From a virus, in IMG/VR virus record IMGVR_UViG_3300023181_000018, positions 1 through 41,060 of that record: a stretch of 41,060 bases of DNA; one strand, given 5' to 3'. The notes beneath the pieces are model-generated. The model was not told the DNA's origin, did not search any database, and saw only the letters and a list, made by a program, of their open reading frames with translations. A program made the position numbers and the translations under genes. Below are positions 32,553-39,715 of this stretch, one piece after another. The number at the start of each line of letters is the position of its first letter. The stretch's first letter is position 1.

Positions 32553-32782
32553 TAGTAATCAGGTTTATCGACGCATTTAATAAACACCCATTCCTCACTT
32601 GGTGGTGTTCTTTCGCAGTCGGTTTGTTGATATGTGTACTCTCCTGTTTCGGTGTTTCCAAATTGTCCTAGGCATTCGCAGTTATCGTTTTCTTCTTCTG
32701 AAGAACAACCTGTTAATGCAAATAAAACTATTAGGCTTAATAAAGCCATTATAGTTAATAGTATTTTATTTGATCTTCTCAT
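32552..32782 (-). CDS. small Cys-rich lipoprotein (76 aa)
   Basis: Signal peptide plus lipobox LFALTG|C. The mature part has 5 further Cys. TAATG-coupled to terS. Confidence 0.7.
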   Translation of the reverse strand: MRRSNKILLTIMALLSLIVLFALTGCSSEEENDNCECLGQFGNTETGEYTYQQTDCERTPPSEEWVFIKCVDKPDY

Positions 32783-32785
32783 TGT

Positions 32786-32977
32786 TTATAAGTTTATTCT
32801 TTTGTAAATTTCTTCTGGTGTTTCTATACTTTCATAACTTCCTGACAAAGTTTCAACAATACATCCTGATTCATTTAACATTCCGTTTTCATCCACATTG
32901 CATATTGAAACTATACTTTCTGTACAAACACAAAGTTTACCTTTGTTTCCCATATCTATTAATATAAATTTATTCAT
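32786..32977 (-). CDS. hypothetical protein (63 aa)
   Basis: ATG ORF, tightly packed. Confidence 0.6.
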   Translation of the reverse strand: MNKFILIDMGNKGKLCVCTESIVSICNVDENGMLNESGCIVETLSGSYESIETPEEIYKRINL

Positions 32978-32978
32978 T

Positions 32979-33146
32979 TTATTGTTTTTTAATTGATAAT
33001 ATTTTTATGTAATTATCTGGCAACTTTTCAAATAATTCTAACGCCCTTTTTTCTGAGCATTCAAATTCTTCATTATTTACTCTTTTTTTTCCGTTGTTTT
33101 CCATATCGTGAAAAGGTATGAGCACTTTTAGTTTTACTTTTTTCAT
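32979..33146 (-). CDS. hypothetical protein (55 aa from ATG)
   Basis: The track start at 33167 is TTG inside the glycosyltransferase gene. The ATG (MKKVKLKV) at 33144-33146 forms an ATGA overlap with the glycosyltransferase stop. Confidence 0.55.
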   Translation of the reverse strand: MKKVKLKVLIPFHDMENNGKKRVNNEEFECSEKRALELFEKLPDNYIKILSIKKQ

Positions 33147-34096
33147 TGTTCTAATAAATTTATCCAATCTTGCTCTTTTCCGAGTTCTTCAAAATCAGGA
33201 ACGATTAGGATTTTATTTAATATTTCCTCAAAATTTATGCCTTTCATATTCATCGGTAAAATATATCCGTTTACACCGTGCTTTATCTGTTCTTTTCCAC
33301 TTGCGAAAGGTGTTATTAAACAAGGTGTTTTAACTTGCATAGCCTCGTATATACTATAAGCAAATCCTTCAGTATCTGAAAGCTGAACTAAATAATCAGC
33401 TTGGTTTATTTCCTTGAAAGCTTCACGCGTTACGCCTCTGAATATTACCTTTGGATTATCTTTAAAACTTGCAACAATCTTTTTTGCAAATTGATGTTCT
33501 GTGTTTCCAAATACATTCCAAATATAGTCAATATTTTTTTTATCTAATTGGCTTGATAGCTCTAACATTCTGGCAAACCCTTTTTCTCCCGATAAACGGC
33601 TGCAGGTAATTAGATTTAAAGTTTTGTTTTTTTTCTTTTTAGGAACTTTAATTTTGTTGTCTAAAAGATTATAAATTATCGCATCACATTTGTAAGATGT
33701 AGCCTCTTCAAAACCTTCTTTGACTATTTCCCCAACGCAAACATGATGTGTTGTTTTTGGATCTTTTATGTACTTGAAATTCCAATTACTTATTACGTGC
33801 CTGTAGTCAGCGTGAACAACCTGAACAACTTTATTGGCTTCAATATTTTTGAATGGTGAATATCCCCAGGCTGTTGAATTTACAAAGTAATCAAATGAAT
33901 AAACTTTATTCTTATCAATATTAACAACATCACAATAATCCGATATTTCAAAAAGCAATTGGTTATTTTCAACCCAATCAAAAAGCAAAGTAATATGATA
34001 ATGCTTTGACATTCTTTTACAAAAGTTTTCAACGAAACGCTCAACTCCACCAATCAAATTATAGTTACTTATGTAAATACCAAGTGTTTTTTTCAT
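33143..34096 (-). CDS. glycosyltransferase, GT-B fold (GT4/GT1-like, retaining type)
   Basis: N-terminal IGGVERFVENF; C-terminal EX7E motif EGFAYSIYEAM followed by TPCLITPFASGKEQIKHGVNGYILP. Confidence 0.75.
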   Translation of the reverse strand: MKKTLGIYISNYNLIGGVERFVENFCKRMSKHYHITLLFDWVENNQLLFEISDYCDVVNIDKNKVYSFDYFVNSTAWGYSPFKNIEANKVVQVVHADYRHVISNWNFKYIKDPKTTHHVCVGEIVKEGFEEATSYKCDAIIYNLLDNKIKVPKKKKNKTLNLITCSRLSGEKGFARMLELSSQLDKKNIDYIWNVFGNTEHQFAKKIVASFKDNPKVIFRGVTREAFKEINQADYLVQLSDTEGFAYSIYEAMQVKTPCLITPFASGKEQIKHGVNGYILPMNMKGINFEEILNKILIVPDFEELGKEQDWINLLEQ

Positions 34097-34115
34097 ACTT
34101 TTTTAAAGTTTACTA

Positions 34116-34123
34116 CAAATATA
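34116..34123 (-). promoter_or_regulatory. Bacteroidetes-type -7 promoter box TATATTTG (heads the glycosyltransferase-terminase-tail operon)
   Basis: caaatata on the plus strand, 20 nt upstream of the ATG at 34096. Confidence 0.6.
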
Positions 34124-34126
34124 ATC

Positions 34127-34159
34127 AAAAAAAAATAACCCGATGTTTTAAGGCGTGTT
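34127..34159 (-). terminator. Probable rho-independent terminator ending the accessory operon
   Basis: Minus sense AACACGCCUUAAAACAUCGGGUUAUUUUUUUU: an imperfect 6-bp stem followed by a U8 run. Confidence 0.5.
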
Positions 34160-34168
34160 TTGGTTTTA

Positions 34169-34429
34169 CTAAACGTTTATTATTTTAGGGTTTTCATTGA
34201 ATTTAAAAGCCTTAATTGCCTCTATGGCTTCTGATTCGGAACTATATTTTTTTGGCATATTCTGAATTATGCTAATATATTTCAAACCCCTTTCATCCAA
34301 TTTCTTCCAAACTTGATATTCTTTACCAAATATTCCAAATATCTCGTATATTATGTTTGAGTATTTTTTTTCTTTATATTCCCTTTGTACTGTGAAGTGG
34401 TTATAATATTGAATTATTCTATATTTCAT
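34169..34429 (-). CDS. hypothetical protein (86 aa)
   Basis: ATG ORF; last gene before the terminator. Confidence 0.65.
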   Translation of the reverse strand: MKYRIIQYYNHFTVQREYKEKKYSNIIYEIFGIFGKEYQVWKKLDERGLKYISIIQNMPKKYSSESEAIEAIKAFKFNENPKIINV

Positions 34430-34430
34430 C

Positions 34431-34619
34431 TTACTCTTGATTAATGGTTAGTGTTCCTTTGAATGGTTTGAACATTTCTTTAGCCCAAAATTCAATTGAT
34501 TTGTTTTTTTTATCATTTAACATTTGTCCATAAAACATACCCCCTAAATGCGTTCCATTTGTTAATATTAAACGGCCATAATCATTAATAACAAATTGCG
34601 GTTTATCCCAATCAATTAC
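34431..34619 (-). other. Start-less 62-codon ORF in frame directly after the TAG stop of 34620..35447
   Basis: Hand translation VIDWDKPQFVINDYGRLILTNGTHLGGMFYGQMLNDKKNKSIEFWAKEMFKPFKGTLTINQE. There is no ATG/GTG/TTG before codon 28. Its TAA lies 1 nt before the next ATG. Confidence 0.4.
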
Positions 34620-35447
34620 CTATTCTTCCTTAATTGGTGTTTCTTCTTTTGGTTGTTCGATTATTTCTGCCCAAATTCCATTTATGAATACATCACTTTT
34701 TCCTCTTGAATTATCTTTGTAATTATCGTGTTTTGTTTCGGCAAGATTTGACCACATTTCTAAAGTATTTTCTTTTTCATTATAAACAAACTCTATATCT
34801 CCCGATAATGTCCAAACATTTTTTTCTAATATTGAACAAAAGCTTACTCCATCTACAAAACCTCTTTTATTCGCCTCTTGAATTAAGGCTTGTCCTACTT
34901 CTTCGGGGATTGCTAAAATATAATCTTCATAGTTTAACATACCCCACGAATTTGACCACATACCTGAATGTAATCCGTATCCGTGTTTCTCATCTTCTTT
35001 GTTTACTTTAAGATTAATTAAAGTATTACTGTCTTTAATTTTAATGTTTTTATACCACTTGTTAATTTCCAATACTTGCTTCACATTTTCAAAATCACAT
35101 TCTAAATCTTTAGTCTGTTCTGATGGAATTATTGAACCCCAATCTTTTTGTTTCAATTCAGCCACATCTTTAGCCAATTCACTTACTTTTTTCTTTAGCT
35201 TGTTTTTTGATTTGGATATTGAGGATAGGTTTACGGTTTTTATTCCGTCAATTTCATATCTGCTATGATTCCATTTGCTAAAATCACTTTTATAATAAAT
35301 ATTGTAAGATGAATCTGTAAAATCATATCCATCTTTCGGAAAAGCCTTTTTCAATAGCTTTTTAATCTCCTTTGTTGATGGAAGCAGGTCGTTATGTATT
35401 TGTACCTCTCCGTTTCTAAATTTCTTAATTGCTTCTTTACGTTTCAT
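34620..35447 (-). CDS. hypothetical protein (275 aa)
   Basis: The largest ORF of the accessory operon. No motif recognised. Confidence 0.75.
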   Translation of the reverse strand: MKRKEAIKKFRNGEVQIHNDLLPSTKEIKKLLKKAFPKDGYDFTDSSYNIYYKSDFSKWNHSRYEIDGIKTVNLSSISKSKNKLKKKVSELAKDVAELKQKDWGSIIPSEQTKDLECDFENVKQVLEINKWYKNIKIKDSNTLINLKVNKEDEKHGYGLHSGMWSNSWGMLNYEDYILAIPEEVGQALIQEANKRGFVDGVSFCSILEKNVWTLSGDIEFVYNEKENTLEMWSNLAETKHDNYKDNSRGKSDVFINGIWAEIIEQPKEETPIKEE

Positions 35448-35458
35448 TGTTTATTTTT

Positions 35459-35620
35459 TTAAGTGTTGGTTAATTTTTCAAAATCTGCTTTTGTTATCTC
35501 TTGAATATTTCCTGCAGCGGAATGTAAAAAATATCTTTCCCCGCATAAATAAACTTTAACGAATCTTTTTTCGTTCGGGCAGCTTCCCTTTTCAACTATA
35601 AATGTTTTTTCGATTTCCAT
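35459..35620 (-). CDS. small ORF (53 aa), not in ORF track
   Basis: Hand translation MEIEKTFIVEKGSCPNEKRFVKVYLCGERYFLHSAAGNIQEITKADFEKLTNT. It fills the gap between listed genes. Confidence 0.5.
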   Translation of the reverse strand: MEIEKTFIVEKGSCPNEKRFVKVYLCGERYFLHSAAGNIQEITKADFEKLTNT

Positions 35621-35653
35621 AACTCAATTGTTTAATGTTAGTGGTTTAGTTTT

Positions 35654-35884
35654 TTAAGTTCCATAAGAAAATAAGACACAACCAAACCAAATGTGATTGT
35701 GATAACCATCGTAATAATGATTATCGTTGTTGTGTATTATTTCAAATCTGAACTTTCTTTTAATATAAATATCAAAGTATGAAAATTTCCATCTAAAAAT
35801 TTTACCCGCAATAAAGTGATTAAATCCTCCGTATTCTTTTAGACGGCTATCAAAAACACTTATGCCATATTTAAATATTTTCAT
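35654..35884 (-). CDS. hypothetical protein (76 aa)
   Basis: ATG ORF. Confidence 0.6.
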   Translation of the reverse strand: MKIFKYGISVFDSRLKEYGGFNHFIAGKIFRWKFSYFDIYIKRKFRFEIIHNNDNHYYDGYHNHIWFGCVLFSYGT

Positions 35885-35916
35885 CTTACAATCTTTTAAG
35901 TATTACTGATTAATTT

Positions 35917-36093
35917 TTAGGCTTGAAAAACATATCCAACTGATACTTTTTCTGCATATTCTTTTTCTCTGAACATCAAAGAGGTTTCTGATAAATTACC
36001 ATAACAATTATATTCTACTTTTATAAACCATTTTCCGTATTCGAAATATGGCTCCGATAATATTTTTGTTACTGTGCAGTCAACTAAATTCAT
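35917..36093 (-). CDS. small ORF (58 aa), not in ORF track
   Basis: Hand translation MNLVDCTVTKILSEPYFEYGKWFIKVEYNCYGNLSETSLMFREKEYAEKVSVGYVFQA. Its ATG overlaps the upstream TGA (ATGA). Confidence 0.55.
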   Translation of the reverse strand: MNLVDCTVTKILSEPYFEYGKWFIKVEYNCYGNLSETSLMFREKEYAEKVSVGYVFQA

Positions 36094-36287
36094 AATTTTA
36101 TTGGTTTAAGTATTACACCTTTTTTTATTAGTTTTCTTTCGGCTTCTTGCCATTGTTTGTATTTTTCAATACTCCAAGAGTTTTCTGAATCTCTCAGAAT
36201 ATTTGGTTTTTTACCAATAGGATTTACGAAATATATTTCTTTAGACTGTAATAAATCTCTAAAATCCTGTTCAGTCCAAGACCATTA
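36090..36287 (-). pseudogene. Apparently frameshifted gene: the TAATG-coupled ATG gives only MVLD*, while the +1 frame is open for 64 codons to an ATGA junction
   Basis: Hand translation of the open frame: WSWTEQDFRDLLQSKEIYFVNPIGKKPNILRDSENSWSIEKYKQWQEAERKLIKKGVILKPIKL. It has no start codon and is in frame with the upstream TAA. Removing one G of ATGG would give MSWTEQ... Confidence 0.45.
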
Positions 36288-36506
36288 ATATTTTAAAAAA
36301 TCATCAAGTTCTTTTGAAATTGAATCGGCTGTTACTTCTCCGAGTAGTTCGAAATCTGCATATAAATTACAATCCCCTTGTGAATGCTCTATAGGATTTG
36401 GATATACATAAGATAATATTCTTTTTTGAACTTTAAACATGAAAGCATCTTCCGGCACTTCCACCAATATCAAATCAGTAGGAAGTAGTTGTGTTGGGTT
36501 ATTCAT
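36285..36506 (-). CDS. hypothetical protein (73 aa)
   Basis: ATG ORF with an 8-nt overlap with the upstream gene. Confidence 0.65.
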   Translation of the reverse strand: MNNPTQLLPTDLILVEVPEDAFMFKVQKRILSYVYPNPIEHSQGDCNLYADFELLGEVTADSISKELDDFLKY

Positions 36507-36771
36507 TTTTAAATGGTTTTATACTCATTATACAAAATCCTTTTTCGATTCCGAATTGTCCCCCGTGTAAAATATGGGTTACTTCAAACATTTTACTTTC
36601 CCCTGAAAATTCATTTAGATTTGGGAAATATTCTTTTAGGTTTAGAATATCCCCAACTTTATAATATCGATCATTAAAACGTATTTCCCATGTCTTTAAA
36701 CCACGAATTACGTTTTGATAGTGTTCAGTCCAGGTTTTTAAATCGTGAACTGTTTTTTGTTGGTTATTCAT
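36499..36771 (-). CDS. DUF3850 / ASCH-like (PUA-fold) protein
   Basis: HDLKTWTEHYQNVIRGLKTWEIRFNDRYYKVGDILNLKEY...FEVTHIL...GIEKGFCIMSI closely follows the DUF3850 consensus (HELKIWPEYF...K.FEIRKNDRDF.VGD.L.L.EY). Confidence 0.8.
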   Translation of the reverse strand: MNNQQKTVHDLKTWTEHYQNVIRGLKTWEIRFNDRYYKVGDILNLKEYFPNLNEFSGESKMFEVTHILHGGQFGIEKGFCIMSIKPFKNE

Positions 36772-37204
36772 TTGGTAAGTCGTTTAAATTTACAGCAAGG
36801 TTTCTTTCAATTAGTCCGTGTATGTCGAAATGCCATTGTAATAATTTAAGATAATCTAATGCTTTTAAATCAATTGTATTTTGCAATCCAAACAACTCAT
36901 GTTGCATTCTACATTTTTCACTTAATTTTTCAATAGGCACAAATGTTTCTCCGTTGTGGGTTATGGACTTGGTTAAATCGGAAAGTGGTCTTAAATGAGG
37001 TATGAAATTATCTAAGCGACAATCATAATCAACCGTGTTGTGATTATTAACTCGGAAACATAATGTCAAAGAATGTCCATCTGTTCCGTAAATACCTAAA
37101 AGTTTATCAGACGACACGCCTTTACTTTTATCATGTCCTTTCAGTCCAAAAGGCAAATAGCCTACAACTTCTTTTAAAGTTAAATTTTCTTTATCTGTTT
37201 CCAT
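36764..37204 (-). CDS. hypothetical protein (146 aa)
   Basis: Contains PHLRPLSDLTK...LLQWHFDIHGLIE, a pattern I recall from uncharacterised phage proteins. Confidence 0.7.
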   Translation of the reverse strand: METDKENLTLKEVVGYLPFGLKGHDKSKGVSSDKLLGIYGTDGHSLTLCFRVNNHNTVDYDCRLDNFIPHLRPLSDLTKSITHNGETFVPIEKLSEKCRMQHELFGLQNTIDLKALDYLKLLQWHFDIHGLIERNLAVNLNDLPNE

Positions 37205-37207
37205 AGG

Positions 37208-37627
37208 TTAAAATATTGGTGGGTTAGGTTTTTGAATTGGTTGGTAGTGGGTAACGTTTTCCATCCACCAATGCCTTTTGTTTGAATCGTTTTGCCAGTA
37301 TTCCTCCATATTCTGCCTTTGTCCGTTGTTATAAATAGGATCTTTGGTAAAAACGTGATAATTTCCATAGGATTCTTTCGGAAGACCCTCTTCACTTTCA
37401 ATAGAAATCCACCCTCGGTTATTTTCCAAACCCGATAATGATTTTGGACGGCAGTATATCCCTTTAAATTCCAATTCAATACCCATTTTTTTTGATAGCC
37501 AAGACTCATTTACTTCATAAGTATACCCGCCTTTATCTTTTAAAATATTTTCTTGAACTGATAAATCAAGTTTATCCCAAGCTTTACCATAAGCTAAACA
37601 AATAGCTTCTTGCTTTTTTGTTTCCAT
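37208..37627 (-). CDS. hypothetical protein with DUF551-like C-terminal motif
   Basis: GWISIESEEGLPKE resembles the W-I-S-V-x-D-x-L-P-E signature of DUF551 (from memory). Confidence 0.45.
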   Translation of the reverse strand: METKKQEAICLAYGKAWDKLDLSVQENILKDKGGYTYEVNESWLSKKMGIELEFKGIYCRPKSLSGLENNRGWISIESEEGLPKESYGNYHVFTKDPIYNNGQRQNMEEYWQNDSNKRHWWMENVTHYQPIQKPNPPIF

Positions 37628-37629
37628 AA

Positions 37630-37878
37630 TTAAAGGTTTTCGATTTCACGTTGTTTTAGCATCTGATCGGCAATTAAATAAGCTTCTTCTGATAAATAAA
37701 CGATACCATTTACCGTTACAGAATCGTACATTGAACTATTTGATAACATTCCTTGCATTGCTGAATTAGCGAAGTAATCTCTTAATGTCATTCCTTCTTG
37801 AATTTCATTTTCATTTGTGCAAGCAAACGCATAAGGATTACTTGGTTTCTTTGTTTCCGTGTTTTGATTTGTTTCCAT
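37630..37878 (-). CDS. hypothetical protein (82 aa)
   Basis: The MTLRDYFANSAMQGML...AYLIADQMLKQRE pattern is one I recall as common in small phage proteins. Confidence 0.7.
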   Translation of the reverse strand: METNQNTETKKPSNPYAFACTNENEIQEGMTLRDYFANSAMQGMLSNSSMYDSVTVNGIVYLSEEAYLIADQMLKQREIENL

Positions 37879-37889
37879 TGTATGTTGTG

Positions 37890-38135
37890 TTAAGGATTTT
37901 CTGATTTAATAACCATTATTGGTCTTTGATTATTATTAAGTAATTGATGCTCCAAAGCTTTATGGGTGTCTTCTGAAATTTGAATAACTTGCTCTAGCAA
38001 ATCATAAATATCCATATCCCTAACCAAGCATTGTACTACCTTATTGAAAACGGATGATTCGTTATATAACTTCTCTCCATTCTTAAATCTTGAAATTACT
38101 TCTTTTGTCTTATTGTTAAATTGTATATGATTCAT
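37890..38135 (-). CDS. hypothetical protein (81 aa)
   Basis: ATG ORF. Confidence 0.65.
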   Translation of the reverse strand: MNHIQFNNKTKEVISRFKNGEKLYNESSVFNKVVQCLVRDMDIYDLLEQVIQISEDTHKALEHQLLNNNQRPIMVIKSENP

Positions 38136-38184
38136 AATCTTATTTTTTATTAAACGCCTTTATTGACGTTGGTTGATTGATTTT

Positions 38185-38391
38185 TTAGGTTAAATTTTTT
38201 CCTGATTCTATAGCTTCATTTACCGAATAAAATTTATCAATAAATATCTGCTCTCCGCCTCCAATTGGTATTTCGTAAAGAGTTATCTCTTTTCCGACAA
38301 TCATAACAAACCATCCGTGTTCAATGTATTCTGATTCCTGAATTATTAAAACTCCATCCTGAACATATAAAAAATATTTTTCGCTTTCCAT
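38185..38391 (-). CDS. hypothetical protein (68 aa)
   Basis: ATG ORF. Confidence 0.65.
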   Translation of the reverse strand: MESEKYFLYVQDGVLIIQESEYIEHGWFVMIVGKEITLYEIPIGGGEQIFIDKFYSVNEAIESGKNLT

Positions 38392-38402
38392 AGTTATATT
38401 TG

Positions 38403-38861
38403 TTATTGTTTATCCTGAAAAATTATTTTACCGTAAATCTCTTCAAGACGTTCTTTTCTTTTTTTCCATTTGAAAGATATTTTAAAAATATTGCAGTATG
38501 TTTTTGCTTTTTTAATGTCAAATTCTGAATTATATTCCCCAAGAAAGTGCAATCCGTAAAGAGATAAATCAACAGGTCCAGAAGCAAATAGACTTGTTAT
38601 GTGTGCATAATAACAATAGGTTGGATTTGTTTTGTCGTAAACGTTATTAATATGATAAACATAAGCACTATCATTTAAGTTTTCTCTCAACAAAGTATCC
38701 CAATCTTTCATGTAAATACCTAAAAGTCCATTTGATGAAAACCCTATCTCGTACGCAAACATTACATCTTCATCTTTTTTAATGTAAAAAAACCTAATTC
38801 CATCGGTTATAGCGTATTTTTTGCCTATTTCTAATTTACTTAATAATCTTCTGCTTATCAT
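38403..38861 (-). CDS. hypothetical protein (152 aa)
   Basis: ATG ORF. Confidence 0.7.
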   Translation of the reverse strand: MISRRLLSKLEIGKKYAITDGIRFFYIKKDEDVMFAYEIGFSSNGLLGIYMKDWDTLLRENLNDSAYVYHINNVYDKTNPTYCYYAHITSLFASGPVDLSLYGLHFLGEYNSEFDIKKAKTYCNIFKISFKWKKRKERLEEIYGKIIFQDKQ

Positions 38862-38915
38862 AATTTGTTTTTTGTTATTGTTAATACTTGCTAATTGTTT
38901 TTAAATTGGTAAGGA

Positions 38916-39194
38916 TTATATTTGGTATTTGGTTATCAATTTTTCAGATAATACAATGTCATTTGTTTGAGGAAGTTTTAATAAGTCTTCTACCGTTTCA
39001 CAATTTTGCAAAACGTAAATAATTCTTGATTTGCTTATTGTTTCAAATATTTCATCCAGTATTTCTTCGGTTAAAGGAATTGAAAGGAATTTGGCGTAAT
39101 TGACACAACTATCCATTGCGGTTAAATATGGCAATCCTAATTTGTTTTTCTCCAAAACATAATCTACCATTGATATTAAAACTCTTTTTTCCAT
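38916..39194 (-). CDS. hypothetical protein (92 aa)
   Basis: ATG ORF. Confidence 0.65.
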   Translation of the reverse strand: MEKRVLISMVDYVLEKNKLGLPYLTAMDSCVNYAKFLSIPLTEEILDEIFETISKSRIIYVLQNCETVEDLLKLPQTNDIVLSEKLITKYQI

Positions 39195-39199
39195 AACTA

Positions 39200-39409
39200 C
39201 TATTTTTTACCAATTATACCGTTAGTCAATCGATCTAAGTGCATATCCTGTATGCGTTTTATGTACTCTGATTCGGTTTCGTTTGGAAGTAAATGATATT
39301 TTTCAAGTATCGGAAGAATTTCTTTTTTTGTTTGCTCTTTGAAATCCTTGTTTACATTTATTTGAATGGTTTCTTTTTTACCATCCGGGAATTTTCTTGT
39401 ATTTGCCAT
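39200..39409 (-). CDS. hypothetical protein (69 aa)
   Basis: ATG ORF with a TAATG overlap with the upstream gene. Confidence 0.65.
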   Translation of the reverse strand: MANTRKFPDGKKETIQINVNKDFKEQTKKEILPILEKYHLLPNETESEYIKRIQDMHLDRLTNGIIGKK

Positions 39410-39594
39410 TATTGATTGATTTTATAAATATGTGAATTGTCTGCTTTTTCTCCTGTTTTCTGATAGTGTTTTACTTTTTCCATATCACGATCCCATTGTA
39501 TCATATCATTACCTTTTGGAGCTGATAATAAAGCCGTAATAATTGAAGTCAGAAATAATAAAATTACGATTGTTGCTTTTGTTGAAGTTTTCAT
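39409..39594 (-). CDS. small membrane protein (61 aa), first gene of the accessory operon
   Basis: Single hydrophobic span ATIVILLFLTSIITALL. The ATG lies 37 nt below the -7 box. Confidence 0.6.
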   Translation of the reverse strand: MKTSTKATIVILLFLTSIITALLSAPKGNDMIQWDRDMEKVKHYQKTGEKADNSHIYKINQ

Positions 39595-39630
39595 AATGCT
39601 TGTTTTTTAAATTGTTACTGTTTGATGAAG

Positions 39631-39638
39631 CAAATATA
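39631..39638 (-). promoter_or_regulatory. Bacteroidetes-type -7 promoter box TATATTTG (accessory operon)
   Basis: caaatata on the plus strand, in the 109-nt gap after the terminator at 39691..39715. Confidence 0.6.
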
Positions 39639-39690
39639 CACATTATTTAATTATATATACACACTTTTATAAACTTTAACATATTGAAAT

Positions 39691-39715
39691 AAAAAACCCA
39701 CCGTTAAGATGGGTT
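39691..39715 (-). terminator. Rho-independent terminator after the NinG-like gene
   Basis: Minus sense AACCCAUCUUAACGGUGGGUUUUUU. The stop codon lies in the loop. Confidence 0.75.

Noticed and set aside
37180-37509. 109-aa same-strand ORF overlapping the 139-aa gene 37208..37627 in another frame
   Set aside because: It is a Lys/Arg/Trp-rich alternative frame embedded in a gene that has a recognisable motif and proper coupling to its neighbours. It has no independent start context.
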